64,000 nt of DNA from the NCBI GenBank assembly GCA_051252035.1, contig JBPOFE010000001.1, forward strand, positions 7,694-71,693, written 5' to 3'. Made by a program: the position numbers and the translations under genes. Source of the stretch: Sulfitobacter sp. (GTDB lineage Bacteria > Pseudomonadota > Alphaproteobacteria > Rhodobacterales > Rhodobacteraceae). Below are positions 9,152 to 19,790 of this stretch, piece after piece. The notes beneath the pieces are model-generated. The model was not told the origin of the DNA, searched no databases, and was given only the letters and a program-made list of their open reading frames with translations. Numbering within the stretch: position 1 is the stretch's first letter; every line of letters begins with the position of its first letter.

Positions 9152-10879
9152 TTAGGTAGGCAGACCAACAACAAAGCGTGCACCCAAAGGCTCAGATGTG
9201 ATGTCAGCATCTGTAGGACGAATGTTCTCAGCCCAGATAACACCACCATGCGCTTCAACGATCTGCTTTGATATCGCAAGACCAAGACCCGAGTTATTGC
9301 CAAAATGCTCTTCTGGGCGCTCCGAATAGAAGCGTTTGAAAATCTTGGCGAGCGCCTGTTCCGGGATGCCCGGACCTGTATCTTCCACCACGATCAATAC
9401 GCGGTTTTCACGCTTGCGCGCCCAGACCCGGATCGCATCGCCATCTTCACAGAACGAAATCGCATTGGTGATCAGGTTCACAAACACCTGCGCCAAACGC
9501 GCCTCAAGCCCGTGCACAGTGATCGGCGTTGAAGGTAAATCCGTGATGAAATCAATGCCTTTGCTCTTGGCATCTTCACCCAGATATTGACCAAGATTGC
9601 CAAGCATATGCAGCAAGTCAAACGCTTCTTCTTCTTCCTTGACCAATTCGGAATCAAGGCGTGAAGCATTCGAAATATCGCTGACCAATCGGTCCAGACG
9701 GCGCACGTCGTGATCAATCACATCCAACAATTTCTCACGCTGATCTTCGCGCTTGATCATCCGCAACGTGCCAACAGCGGACCGCAAGGACGCAAGCGGG
9801 TTCTTGATCTCATGCGCCACATCAGCAGCAAATTGTTCGTTGCCATCAATGCGGTTGTACAGCGCTGAAACCATGCCGCGCAGGGCACCGGACAAACGGC
9901 CAATCTCATCAGGGCGGGCGGTCAGATCAGGAATGCGGATGCGACCGGGATTCATCTTGCGGGCATCCTTGTCACGGCCAAGTTCAGCGGCGGCAGACAG
10001 GTCGGCCAATGGATTTGCAATGGTAGAGGCCAGAACAAGGCTCAGGCCGATCGAAACAAGTGTTGCGATGACGAACATCTGCAAAACACGCTCGCGTTCG
10101 CCGCGCACATATTTGTCGATTTCACCAGCAGCTGATGCAATGGCGACCACACCCACGGCCTGACCACCCTGCATAATGGGGGTTAAGACGGTAAACAGCG
10201 TGCTGCCATCGGCATCCAGCTTATTTTCGATCTGGGTGCCGTTTTGCAGACTGCCCGTGACCAACCCTTTAAGCTGGGTTTCCATTGGCTCTGCAGCAGG
10301 CGCATCGTCGACACCGCTAAACGGACTTGAAACCAAGCTCCAGAGCCAGCTAAGCCCGTCAGTCAGAACTGTGGGGCTGCTTGATTTCGGCGCACCTGGC
10401 GTATCATTCAATGACAAACGCCCCTCTGACCTTGCGACAAGCGTTTCAGAAGGATCAAAAACATAGACCTCAATGCCACTGCGCAGGTCCAGATCGTTCA
10501 GTGTCGCCTCAACATCGACGCCGTCGCCAGTGGCCAGATTAACTGGCGCGCCAACTGGCAATTGCGCCTCAATCACATCTGCAATCAGTTCAGCCTCTGA
10601 AACGAGCGAGGCCGCGCGTTGAACCGCAAGAGAATCTCGGGATGAATTAAGATAAAGAATACCAGCAACCAACACGTTAAGCGCGATGAGGTTAAAGGTG
10701 ATGATTTTGCGCGTTAAAGGCGACGCTCGCAAAGAAAACAGGCCGCGCCGCTCACGGTGTGCCCGCATTTCATCGGGCGCGGCTGCATCTGGGGCGACCC
10801 AATCGTCGCCCAGCACAACATCGCCTTCTCGCGAAGTCGGAGCCAGATCCCGCACAAAGTTCCTTTCCACAATCGCCAT
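9152..10879 (-). CDS. chvG: Sensor histidine kinase ChvG/ExoS
   Basis: HAMP domain; ADVAHEIKNPL H-box; NLITNA, DTGPGI, GLGLAI; follows chvI. Confidence 0.95.
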   Translation of the reverse strand: MAIVERNFVRDLAPTSREGDVVLGDDWVAPDAAAPDEMRAHRERRGLFSLRASPLTRKIITFNLIALNVLVAGILYLNSSRDSLAVQRAASLVSEAELIADVIEAQLPVGAPVNLATGDGVDVEATLNDLDLRSGIEVYVFDPSETLVARSEGRLSLNDTPGAPKSSSPTVLTDGLSWLWSLVSSPFSGVDDAPAAEPMETQLKGLVTGSLQNGTQIENKLDADGSTLFTVLTPIMQGGQAVGVVAIASAAGEIDKYVRGERERVLQMFVIATLVSIGLSLVLASTIANPLADLSAAAELGRDKDARKMNPGRIRIPDLTARPDEIGRLSGALRGMVSALYNRIDGNEQFAADVAHEIKNPLASLRSAVGTLRMIKREDQREKLLDVIDHDVRRLDRLVSDISNASRLDSELVKEEEEAFDLLHMLGNLGQYLGEDAKSKGIDFITDLPSTPITVHGLEARLAQVFVNLITNAISFCEDGDAIRVWARKRENRVLIVVEDTGPGIPEQALAKIFKRFYSERPEEHFGNNSGLGLAISKQIVEAHGGVIWAENIRPTDADITSEPLGARFVVGLPT

Positions 10880-10888
10880 CAGTATAAC

Positions 10889-11590
10889 TTATTCTTCGTT
10901 ATATCTGTAACCGATACCGTAGAGTGTCTCAATCGCTGAGAATTCATCGTCCGCCGTACGCATCTTTTTGCGCAGCCGTTTGATATGGCTGTCGATGGTG
11001 CGGTCGTCGACATACACTTGATCATCATAGGCAACATCCATCAGCTGATCCCGTGATTTCACGAAACCGGGGCGTTGTGCCAGCGCCTGTAACAGCAAAA
11101 ATTCGGTGACGGTCAGCGATACATCGTTGCCTTTCCAAGACACCGCATGACGCAGCGGATCCATCCGCAATTCGCCACGCTCCATCACCTTGGTTTCTTC
11201 GGTATCACCAACTTCGTCTGTCTCAACCGCGTCTTGACGGCGCAACAATGCGCGAATGCGTTCAACCAGCAACCGTTGGCTGAATGGCTTCTTGACGTAA
11301 TCATCCGCGCCCATGCGCAAACCCAGAACCTCGTCAATTTCATCGTCTTTGGAGGTCAGGAAAATCACTGGCATCGCAGTTTTCTGGCGCAAACGCTGCA
11401 ACAGATCCATGCCGTCCATGCGAGGCATTTTGATATCCAGTACGGCCATGTCGGGAAGTTTCTTGTTGAACGCGTCCAACGCTGCTTGCCCGTCATTATA
11501 TGTTTCCACCTCAAAACCTTCAGCTTCGAGAGTCATTGAGACTGACGTCAGGATGTTCCTGTCGTCGTCCACCAATGCAATTTTTGACAT
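10889..11590 (-). CDS. chvI: OmpR-family response regulator ChvI
   Basis: [39 protein letters not shown]; divergent from pckA. Confidence 0.96.
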   Translation of the reverse strand: MSKIALVDDDRNILTSVSMTLEAEGFEVETYNDGQAALDAFNKKLPDMAVLDIKMPRMDGMDLLQRLRQKTAMPVIFLTSKDDEIDEVLGLRMGADDYVKKPFSQRLLVERIRALLRRQDAVETDEVGDTEETKVMERGELRMDPLRHAVSWKGNDVSLTVTEFLLLQALAQRPGFVKSRDQLMDVAYDDQVYVDDRTIDSHIKRLRKKMRTADDEFSAIETLYGIGYRYNEE

Positions 11591-11962
11591 TGCCTGTTTC
11601 CTTTTCACTGCTCAATTATCGTTTTTTGTTTTTCATTATTGATCACCATATTTGCCCATCGAATCAATCTCTAAGTGCGAATCATCTGCGGTTCCGGCCC
11701 TATTTTCGCCACAATTTGGTTAGGAATGGCTAAATTGCCGCACTTTCGCGTCAGCCGTGAAGCTAAGATTTTAGGCAACAACCCAGTCAAAGACCTCGGA
11801 TGCGCCAAAGATCGCTATGATGGCGCTAACTGCGTCAAACCTGCCTGTTCATATCGCGAACCCTCGTGTTAAGACCCGCATTATGACCAGATCGGTCACG
11901 GGTGAGACCACCCATTTCAGCAAGAGATGCGCCCTAAATTCGCGCAGTACAGGAGACACCAT

Positions 11963-13561
11963 ATGACATCTGGCCGGGTAAACCCCCAGTTTCGCCTTGA
12001 AGATCAACAGATCAATGGGCTTGGAAATGTCTATTATAACCTGATGGAACCTGCGCTTGTTGAAACCGCGCTTAAGCGTGGCGAGGGCACCTTGGGCAAT
12101 GGTGGCGCATTCTTGGTCACCACCGGGAAATTCACGGGTCGGTCGCCAAAAGACAAACATGTCGTCAAAACCGACAGCGTTGCCGATACGATCTGGTGGG
12201 AAAACAACGCCGAAATGTCACCTGAAGGATTTGACGCTCTTTACACGGATATGGTCGCGCATATGCAGGGCGGCGATTATTTCGTACAGGATTTGGTGGG
12301 CGGTGCAGACCCCAAGCATGCGATCAACGTACGCATGATCACCGAATTGGCGTGGCACGGATTGTTCATTCGCACCATGTTGCGGCGGCCAGAGCGCGAG
12401 GCGTTGGATGAATTCATCGCCGATTTTACGGTGATCAACTGCCCAAGCTTTCAAGCGGACCCCGCCAAACACAACTGCCGGTCCGAAACCGTGATCGCGA
12501 TGAACTTTGACCGCAAGATGATCCTGATCGGTGGTACGGAATACGCGGGCGAAAACAAGAAATCTGTCTTCTCATTGCTGAATTATTTGCTGCCTGAAAA
12601 GGGCATCATGCCGATGCATTGTTCGGCCAATCACGCCACCGGAAATCCTGTAGATACTGCTGTTTTCTTTGGACTTTCTGGAACTGGCAAGACAACGTTA
12701 TCCGCCGATCCGGGCCGCACATTGATCGGTGATGATGAACATGGCTGGTCCGACAACGGCACCTTTAACTTTGAGGGTGGATGCTACGCCAAGACCATCA
12801 ATTTAAGCCGCGAAGCAGAGCCAGAGATTTACGCCACAACCGAGAAATTCGGCACAGTGATCGAAAATATGGTCTATGACGAAGAGACCAAAAAGCTGGA
12901 TTTCGAAGACGACTCACTTACGGCAAACATGCGCTGCGCCTATCCGTTGCACTACATCTCTAACGCCTCAAAAAAGGCTGTGGGTGGTCATCCCAAGAAT
13001 ATCATCATGTTGACCTGTGACGCGTTCGGCGTTTTGCCCCCCATCGCGCGGCTGACACCCGCTCAAGCGATGTACCACTTCTTATCCGGTTTCACATCCA
13101 AAGTTGCGGGGACCGAGCGTGGTGTGACCGAACCGGAACCAACATTCTCAACCTGTTTTGGTGCCCCGTTCATGCCACGGCGACCCGAAGTGTATGGCAA
13201 TCTTCTACGCGAAAAGATCGCGCAACATGGGGCAACCTGCTGGCTGGTGAATACAGGCTGGACTGGCGGAGCCTATGGCACAGGCAGCCGCATGCCAATC
13301 AAAGCCACGCGCGCACTGCTTACCGCAGCACTCGAAGGGGCGCTGGCAGATGTCGAATATCGCAAGGACAAGAACTTTGGCTTTGCCGTACCAGTGGCCG
13401 TCGATGGCGTTCCAGATATCTTGCTGGACCCGCGCCGCACCTGGGACAATGCCGAAGCCTATGACCGCCAAGCCGCCAAGCTGGTTGCGATGTTTGCCGA
13501 TAATTTTGAGCAATATGTGCCGTACATCGACAACGATGTAAAAGACGCAGCAATCGGATAG
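11963..13561 (+). CDS. pckA: Phosphoenolpyruvate carboxykinase (ATP)
   Basis: [35 protein letters not shown]; AGGAG RBS. Confidence 0.98.
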   Translation: MTSGRVNPQFRLEDQQINGLGNVYYNLMEPALVETALKRGEGTLGNGGAFLVTTGKFTGRSPKDKHVVKTDSVADTIWWENNAEMSPEGFDALYTDMVAHMQGGDYFVQDLVGGADPKHAINVRMITELAWHGLFIRTMLRRPEREALDEFIADFTVINCPSFQADPAKHNCRSETVIAMNFDRKMILIGGTEYAGENKKSVFSLLNYLLPEKGIMPMHCSANHATGNPVDTAVFFGLSGTGKTTLSADPGRTLIGDDEHGWSDNGTFNFEGGCYAKTINLSREAEPEIYATTEKFGTVIENMVYDEETKKLDFEDDSLTANMRCAYPLHYISNASKKAVGGHPKNIIMLTCDAFGVLPPIARLTPAQAMYHFLSGFTSKVAGTERGVTEPEPTFSTCFGAPFMPRRPEVYGNLLREKIAQHGATCWLVNTGWTGGAYGTGSRMPIKATRALLTAALEGALADVEYRKDKNFGFAVPVAVDGVPDILLDPRRTWDNAEAYDRQAAKLVAMFADNFEQYVPYIDNDVKDAAIG

Positions 13562-13586
13562 GAAAACCACCCTACCCGCAACTAAG

Positions 13587-13614
13587 AAAGAGCCGCATCA
13601 ACTGCGGCTCTTTT
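13587..13614. terminator. Bidirectional intrinsic terminator after pckA
   Basis: AAAGAGCCGCA-tcaac-TGCGGCTCTTTT. Confidence 0.9.
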
Positions 13615-13623
13615 GCATTTTGA

Positions 13624-14340
13624 TTATGCGGCCAGCGCTTCGAGTTCCGCACTGGGCAAATCAAGCACGAACCGAATGTCTTCGTCGCTCATGTAAACCA
13701 TGACGCATTCCAACGCTTCGGGATTGTTTTTCAGATACCACCGCAAGGCCAAAGGTTCCGCGTGCATAAAGCCCATGCGCAGACAAAAACCTTTGTACGC
13801 AACGGGTCGGGTCATGAACCCAATCACATATTCAGCGCCAAATTCCTTGATCGCGGCAAGCATGGCGCAGCGACCCAAAATACTGGATATGCCCGTGCCT
13901 CTGTATTGGCCCGGCTCACCACCCACCCATGTTTCGCCAGAATAAACCACACGACCGATGATTTTTTTGGCACCAGGTCCGGCTTTATACCGGGATCGTT
14001 CATAATCAATGTCCATTTCCGAAGGGGCAAATCCGCGGAAATTCTGACGGAAATATTCTGACACAGATTCAGTTCCAGTGGGCAACAATCGCAATGCCTG
14101 TGTGTGCATGATACGGCCTTGGCTGTCATGTCCGACAATCCAGGCTGAATTCTCGCGCTTCATATCATGTATGTCAGGGTTGAAAGGATCACCAATCCGA
14201 TGATCCGGTCGAGCTTTGGCCAAATACCAAAGGTATTCCTCAAAATCATGACCAACGGTCAAACGTACCCCAAGTTGCTTCAGAACATCGCGACTTGAGG
14301 CTTCAAACCGATCCTCTGCATCAAACCCATAAATTGCCAT
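13624..14340 (-). CDS. Hypothetical protein, probable GNAT/N-acyltransferase-like fold
   Basis: GGAGGGG RBS before ATG 14340; VYSGETWV...QYRGTGISSILGR resembles GNAT motif A; fold not verified. Confidence 0.6.
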   Translation of the reverse strand: MAIYGFDAEDRFEASSRDVLKQLGVRLTVGHDFEEYLWYLAKARPDHRIGDPFNPDIHDMKRENSAWIVGHDSQGRIMHTQALRLLPTGTESVSEYFRQNFRGFAPSEMDIDYERSRYKAGPGAKKIIGRVVYSGETWVGGEPGQYRGTGISSILGRCAMLAAIKEFGAEYVIGFMTRPVAYKGFCLRMGFMHAEPLALRWYLKNNPEALECVMVYMSDEDIRFVLDLPSAELEALAA

Positions 14341-14430
14341 TGGCCCCTCCTGCGGTTGCATTCAAGGCTAATCATAACGCATTTTACGTGTTCTGCCGCA
14401 ATATTCGCGTACAGGTCGTGTCGTCGGCGT

Positions 14431-15312
14431 TTACATGACCATATCCGGGGTCATCTGATGCAGCATTTCGTTGCTGACATCCTTAATATCCACATCATAG
14501 GTTCTGCGAACAGCCGAAATCATTGCAAAACTTTCGTCCGGAAAACGGGCACCTAACAGCAACCGCTCAAAGGAAATCGGCAACATTTTGGCCTCGGTTC
14601 CCTTCGGAAGTACCGTGTGAATGTGATCAAGCCGGGCGGACTGATTCGTTTCCACTTCGGCATATGCGACGTTGGAAAGGACGCCAAAATTACCACCACC
14701 AGGCATTTCACCCAGCGGGCGCCCGATGCTGGAACTCGAAACCGTCCAGCCAAACCATGAGACAAATGAGCTTTTTTCACCTACTTCGGTAAATAACCAT
14801 TCATTCCCCACACGCCGGAACACCGTACAAAACGGTCGGATTCTTTTGAGTGCTTCATGCTCAAGATTCCCTCCCGCTTCAGCCCATGCTTTCATCACAT
14901 CAGGCAACAAAGGCGACGTTGAGCTGAAGAGTTTACCAATTGGTTGCTGCTGCTGGAAAAAGAACCAACCATCGGGATCTTCTCGACGCAAATATTGCAT
15001 GCCGTTGACCAATTGGGACTGGCCTGACAACCAACCTTCTGCGCGAGCGATCAAATCCAAGGCTTCGGGAAGTACCATACGACCCAACTCAGTCAGCGCA
15101 TATTGCCGATCCGTCACGGCAAAAAGAGGGCCACCTTTCAACTCTTCAAGCTGCGCCACGTGACGCCGTACCGTTTGTCGCGTGCTGCACAGCTCAAGCA
15201 CCGCATGGCTCAGGTTCAATGTCGCAGCCAATGTGGTGAAGGACCGCAACATTTCAAATAACAACGGATAGCCCCGCACAGATGCTTTTGCAGGTGTCAC
15301 ACTACCATCCAT
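14431..15312 (-). CDS. LysR-type HTH fused to an atypical (PAS-like) C-terminal domain
   Basis: N-terminal LRSFTTLA...NLSHA...TRQTVRRHVAQLEE..GGPLF...LTELG; C-terminus lacks LysR effector-domain features. Confidence 0.7.
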   Translation of the reverse strand: MDGSVTPAKASVRGYPLLFEMLRSFTTLAATLNLSHAVLELCSTRQTVRRHVAQLEELKGGPLFAVTDRQYALTELGRMVLPEALDLIARAEGWLSGQSQLVNGMQYLRREDPDGWFFFQQQQPIGKLFSSTSPLLPDVMKAWAEAGGNLEHEALKRIRPFCTVFRRVGNEWLFTEVGEKSSFVSWFGWTVSSSSIGRPLGEMPGGGNFGVLSNVAYAEVETNQSARLDHIHTVLPKGTEAKMLPISFERLLLGARFPDESFAMISAVRRTYDVDIKDVSNEMLHQMTPDMVM

Positions 15313-15498
15313 GAGATAATCGTCCTGAGCAAATGGTTAACAAATCATACGTCATGGGAACAAATATCACCCATCAAGGTATGTTTCGTCAACCCATAAC
15401 GGCCTATCTATAGTTGAAATTTACTAATAGTTACTCAATTGAATGAAAGCGCACATATTTTGCAAGGTGACCGGAGTTCAACCAGAGGTCCTAAACAT

Positions 15499-15858
15499 AT
15501 GTCCCATCCCGTAGATGTTCACGTCGGTCGCAAATTAAAACAAGTACGTACATTGCGCCGTCTTTCCCAAACCGATGTTGCCCGCAAGTTAAATCTGTCG
15601 TTTCAACAAATTCAAAAATATGAAATCGGCTCCAATCGCGTCGCTGCCAGCCGCTTGTTTGAGCTTTCTCAGATTTTGGATGTCCCGCCCTCGTATTTCT
15701 TCGAAGACCTGCACGACAATGCCAATGCGGCGCCCAAAAAAGACCCTGGCATGGCAATCGTCACGGCCCTGGCCGCGATCAAAGATGAAGCCGTCAAGTC
15801 GCGTATTGTGACATTTATCGAAGACGTGTCCGGCAAAACTGTTGCCCGCCAAGGATGA
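15499..15858 (+). CDS. XRE/Cro-C1 family HTH transcriptional regulator
   Basis: VDVHVGRKL...LSFQQIQKYEIGSNRVAASRL. Confidence 0.92.
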   Translation: MSHPVDVHVGRKLKQVRTLRRLSQTDVARKLNLSFQQIQKYEIGSNRVAASRLFELSQILDVPPSYFFEDLHDNANAAPKKDPGMAIVTALAAIKDEAVKSRIVTFIEDVSGKTVARQG

Positions 15859-15861
15859 TGC

Positions 15862-16626
15862 TTAAAATACGGCGCGCCTGATTAGATTGGCTCCGGCCAA
15901 TAAAAGAACAACAAGTGTGGCGCGCCGAAAAAGGTTTTGGTCAATACGGTCCATCACCTTGCCACCAAGCCACATGCCGAACGCCGCTGGTAGTATAAGT
16001 GCCGCGGAGAACGGCCATGTTTCGGCGCGCAATACCCCAGATCCGATATGCGCGCCCAACAACGCCGCCGACCCAAGGCCATAGATCACCCCCTGAATCC
16101 GCATCTGATCATATTTGGGTGTGTCCAGCGCGGTCAGGTAAGCAACTGTTGGTGGTCCCCAGACCCCAGACATCCCCCCCATGATACCGGCGCACCCGCC
16201 AACAATCGTTTCAATCAAGGTCGTGCGTTGGGCCAGCTTGAATTGATAGCCAGACAATTGCAGCAGCACGAAAAACACCACTGGAATACCAATCGCCAGT
16301 TTCAGCACGTCGTCTGGCACCACCCGCACCATCTGTGCTGCGATCACCAATGTGACGCACCCGGCAATCAAAAATACGCGAAACAGCTTGACCGACCTCC
16401 ACGCCGCTGCTGGCCCCTGCCGCAGTGATTGCATCATGTTGCTGATCAATGTGGGCAGAATCAGCCCAGCCAGCGCATATTCTGGTGCGATAAAAAATGT
16501 CAGACCAGAAATCAGCACAAGCGGCATCGCGAATCCTACGACGCCTTTGACGAATCCCCCGCAGACCGCAATCAAAAGCGCTAAAACCAGTTGGCTCGTT
16601 GTCAAAAAAGGGAAAAATGCGTCCAT
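15862..16626 (-). CDS. TauE/SafE family sulfite exporter-like membrane protein
   Basis: GFVKGVVGFAMP and GGMSGVWGPP repeats, about 8 TM helices. Confidence 0.85.
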   Translation of the reverse strand: MDAFFPFLTTSQLVLALLIAVCGGFVKGVVGFAMPLVLISGLTFFIAPEYALAGLILPTLISNMMQSLRQGPAAAWRSVKLFRVFLIAGCVTLVIAAQMVRVVPDDVLKLAIGIPVVFFVLLQLSGYQFKLAQRTTLIETIVGGCAGIMGGMSGVWGPPTVAYLTALDTPKYDQMRIQGVIYGLGSAALLGAHIGSGVLRAETWPFSAALILPAAFGMWLGGKVMDRIDQNLFRRATLVVLLLAGANLIRRAVF

Positions 16627-16769
16627 ACACCCTACATAGCAGGTGAAATATTCGGCGCATTGAAAAACCGTCGCGTAATTTTAGAACAAAATGACGCACT
16701 CAAACGTATCTTTGTTGTGCTGCACCTGCAAAGTAGCTATCCAGCCTTTTATGCGAAAAGGATGATACT

Positions 16770-18467
16770 ATGGCACATGACGGTCAGGACATAACAATGC
16801 AAAACTCTGAACGCACCTCCATCGTTTTGGACAATCTGTTGACACTGACTGCGGCGGCACTGCCCCCGGTTGATGCTGTCTTGGCAAACGTCCTAACACG
16901 TGTGCGTGCTTTGGTAACGGCCGACGGCCGGGTCTCTGCCGCTCTGATCGAAGAACATCAAACCGCCGCGCATGGTCTGGCGTGGCTCGCCACCTATGCC
17001 CAAGCCCTACACCAGATGCAGGCATGGGCCGAGCGTCTGCAAAACGACGGCAAATTCGGCGAGACCGAACAACTGCTGCACCAAATCGCTTTTGGTGAAT
17101 ACCTTTGGCAGATTTACGGCGGTATCCAGATGAACCAAGGCGAAGTAGTCCGGCTTCAGGATATGGGCCTGTCGCAAGACGATCAGCGCGCGCTGATGGA
17201 TCCGGCGATCATGGCGCTGACACAAGGCGGCAACACCCAAGCCGCCCGCAGCCGTTTGGTCGATTTGATGCAGGAACATTCCGCCAACGTCACCGTCGGG
17301 GCCAGCGGGCTGGACGAAGAACTCGAAATGATCCGCGACCAATTCCGCCGCTATGCCGTCGAAAAGGTCGAACCCCACGCGCATGATTGGCACCTCAAGG
17401 ATGAATTGATCCCGATTGAAGTGATCAATGAACTGGCTGAGATGGGCGTCTTTGGCCTGACAATCCCAGAAGAACACGGCGGCCTTGGCCTGTCCAAAGC
17501 ATCCATGGTCGTGGTCAGCGAAGAGTTAAGCCGTGGCTATATCGGTGTCGGATCACTTGGCACCCGTTCAGAAATTGCTGCCGAACTGATTCTGTGCGGT
17601 GGCACGGACGCGCAAAAGGCAAGCTGGCTGCCCCGCCTCGCCAGCGGTGAAATCCTGCCCACAGCGGTCTTTACCGAACCCAACACCGGCTCCGATCTCG
17701 GCGCGTTGCGCACCCGTGCTGTGAAAGATGGCGACGATTACAAAGTCACCGGCAACAAAACCTGGATCACCCATGCCGCCCGCACGCATGTCATGACCCT
17801 GCTGGCACGCACCGACCCCAACACCACGAACCACAGCGGCCTGTCGATGTTTCTGGCCGAAAAGACCCCCGGCGATGATGCCAATCCCTTCCCAACCCCC
17901 GGCATGACCGGTGGTGAGATCGAAGTGCTCGGCTATCGCGGCATGAAGGAATATGAACTGGCCTTTGATGGCTTTGAGGTCAAAGGTGAGAACCTGCTCG
18001 GCGGTGCCGAAGGCAAAGGCTTCAAACAACTGATGGAGACGTTCGAATCTGCCCGCATCCAGACCGCCGCGCGTGCCATTGGTGTCGGCCAATCCGCGCT
18101 CGATATCTCGATGCAATACGCCATCGACCGCAAACAATTCGGCAAGGCGCTGATCAATTTCCCGCGTGTATCCGGCAAGCTCGCGATGATGGCGGTCGAA
18201 CTGATGATCGCCCGCCAGCTGACCTACTTTTCAGCTTGGGAAAAAGACCACGGACGCCGCTGCGACCTTGAGGCGGGCATGGCCAAATTGCTCGGCGCAC
18301 GCGTAGCATGGGCCGCGGCGGACAATGGCTTGCAAATTCACGGCGGCAACGGTTTTGCGCTGGAATACAAGATCAGCCGTATCCTATGTGACGCCCGTAT
18401 CCTCAACATCTTTGAAGGTGCCGCCGAAATTCAGGCACAAGTGATCGCGCGCCGCCTGCTTGGCTAG
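16770..18467 (+). CDS. mcd: Acyl-CoA dehydrogenase, probably (2S)-methylsuccinyl-CoA dehydrogenase of the ethylmalonyl-CoA pathway
   Basis: ACAD core (FTEPNTGSDL, GNKTWIT, QIHGGNG, IFEGAAEIQ) plus ~170-aa N-terminal extension as recalled for Rhodobacter Mcd. Confidence 0.85.
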   Translation: MAHDGQDITMQNSERTSIVLDNLLTLTAAALPPVDAVLANVLTRVRALVTADGRVSAALIEEHQTAAHGLAWLATYAQALHQMQAWAERLQNDGKFGETEQLLHQIAFGEYLWQIYGGIQMNQGEVVRLQDMGLSQDDQRALMDPAIMALTQGGNTQAARSRLVDLMQEHSANVTVGASGLDEELEMIRDQFRRYAVEKVEPHAHDWHLKDELIPIEVINELAEMGVFGLTIPEEHGGLGLSKASMVVVSEELSRGYIGVGSLGTRSEIAAELILCGGTDAQKASWLPRLASGEILPTAVFTEPNTGSDLGALRTRAVKDGDDYKVTGNKTWITHAARTHVMTLLARTDPNTTNHSGLSMFLAEKTPGDDANPFPTPGMTGGEIEVLGYRGMKEYELAFDGFEVKGENLLGGAEGKGFKQLMETFESARIQTAARAIGVGQSALDISMQYAIDRKQFGKALINFPRVSGKLAMMAVELMIARQLTYFSAWEKDHGRRCDLEAGMAKLLGARVAWAAADNGLQIHGGNGFALEYKISRILCDARILNIFEGAAEIQAQVIARRLLG

Positions 18468-18471
18468 GCCA

Positions 18472-19674
18472 TCATGCGCGCGCGGCACCCAAACGCGGAT
18501 GCAGCGCGCGGGCCAACCATCCGGCCCCCAACATCCCACCACCGCAAACCGCAAACAACCCCGCGAGCGGCATCACCATCAGAATCACGGCACCAACCGC
18601 AGGCGTCAAAATCCCCGATACATCGCGGTAGCTTGAATAAACTGCTGACATTTCTGTACGCTCGGACGGCTTGACCGCCATCAAAAATGGCAGCCCGCCA
18701 CATACATCCAACATGATCAACATCATTGATGCAGCAAAGAGGCTGGCCACGGCGACCCATGGTAAATCCGACGCTCCCCAAGCCGCAACAAACAACCCGC
18801 CACCGATCAAAAACGCCCCGCTGACCGAGGCCCGCACACCCAATTTGCGCACCAGCACCAACATTGCCGGTGCCACAAATAAAAACATGTTTGACGCCGA
18901 CAGCGCCGCCGCCCCGATGGTGTCGCCCAACCCCATTTCGACGCAATAGATTGGTAGATAAACCACATAGACCCACCACCCGCAGGACCGGATCACCGCA
19001 AAGAGCCACCCCGCCACCAACCGGGGCTGCGCCACGAAACGCCCCAGGAATGCGATAGGTGATGGCGATGGCGCACGCGCACGCGCAATCTGCTTGCCAT
19101 TGCCAAGCCGCAGCCGCCAGAACATCACAATCTGCGCCAGTGCAAAAAAACCCGCAACGATGAATGGCGCGGGCGCCCACCAGTTCAAGAGCCAAACACC
19201 CATAATCGGCCCCGCAGCCCAGCTTGGGCCGCTGAACACCAGTCGCAAAGTCTCAGACTTTCCCAGATTGGTACGGGCCACATAATCAAGCACATAGGCG
19301 TTCAGACACACTGCAACTGTCACAGTCGCGAGGCTCAGACATCCCAAGGCCAAAGGCACCAAGGCGGGCACCCCAATCATCGCGAGGATAATCCCAACAA
19401 GGTATAGCCCGGACCCCACCGAATACATCCAGCGCCGTGACAATCGCGTGGCAAGCCACGGCACCAACAAACCAAACACCAATGAAATGATGCCAATTGC
19501 CAAATATATCTGACTGACTGTCGCGGCATCGCCATAGGCGCGGTACACCACCAAAGGCATCACCGACATTAACGTGCCACGCACGCCTGCTTCCAAACCA
19601 GAAAGAATAGCAAAATCACGCACTTTTGGGATCGGCGAATGCGTTAGTGATAAGGGCGCGCGTGCAGCAATCAT
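18472..19674 (-). CDS. MFS transporter
   Basis: About 12 hydrophobic segments; start moved to MIAARAP, upstream ORF part looks non-coding. Confidence 0.8.
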   Translation of the reverse strand: MIAARAPLSLTHSPIPKVRDFAILSGLEAGVRGTLMSVMPLVVYRAYGDAATVSQIYLAIGIISLVFGLLVPWLATRLSRRWMYSVGSGLYLVGIILAMIGVPALVPLALGCLSLATVTVAVCLNAYVLDYVARTNLGKSETLRLVFSGPSWAAGPIMGVWLLNWWAPAPFIVAGFFALAQIVMFWRLRLGNGKQIARARAPSPSPIAFLGRFVAQPRLVAGWLFAVIRSCGWWVYVVYLPIYCVEMGLGDTIGAAALSASNMFLFVAPAMLVLVRKLGVRASVSGAFLIGGGLFVAAWGASDLPWVAVASLFAASMMLIMLDVCGGLPFLMAVKPSERTEMSAVYSSYRDVSGILTPAVGAVILMVMPLAGLFAVCGGGMLGAGWLARALHPRLGAARA

Positions 19675-19790
19675 GGGAATAGCCGACCATGTTACCCTCA
19701 GCCTGTCTTGGCCTTCCACGACACGGAACAGGTCGATTTCAAACCGCCCCCACCCTTGCCACACCCCGGCACACAGCATATCCAACGCCC

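Noticed and set aside
18464-19195. 243-aa Gly/Cys/Arg-rich minus-strand ORF
   Set aside because: Alternative frame inside the MFS gene; composition typical of an off-frame read
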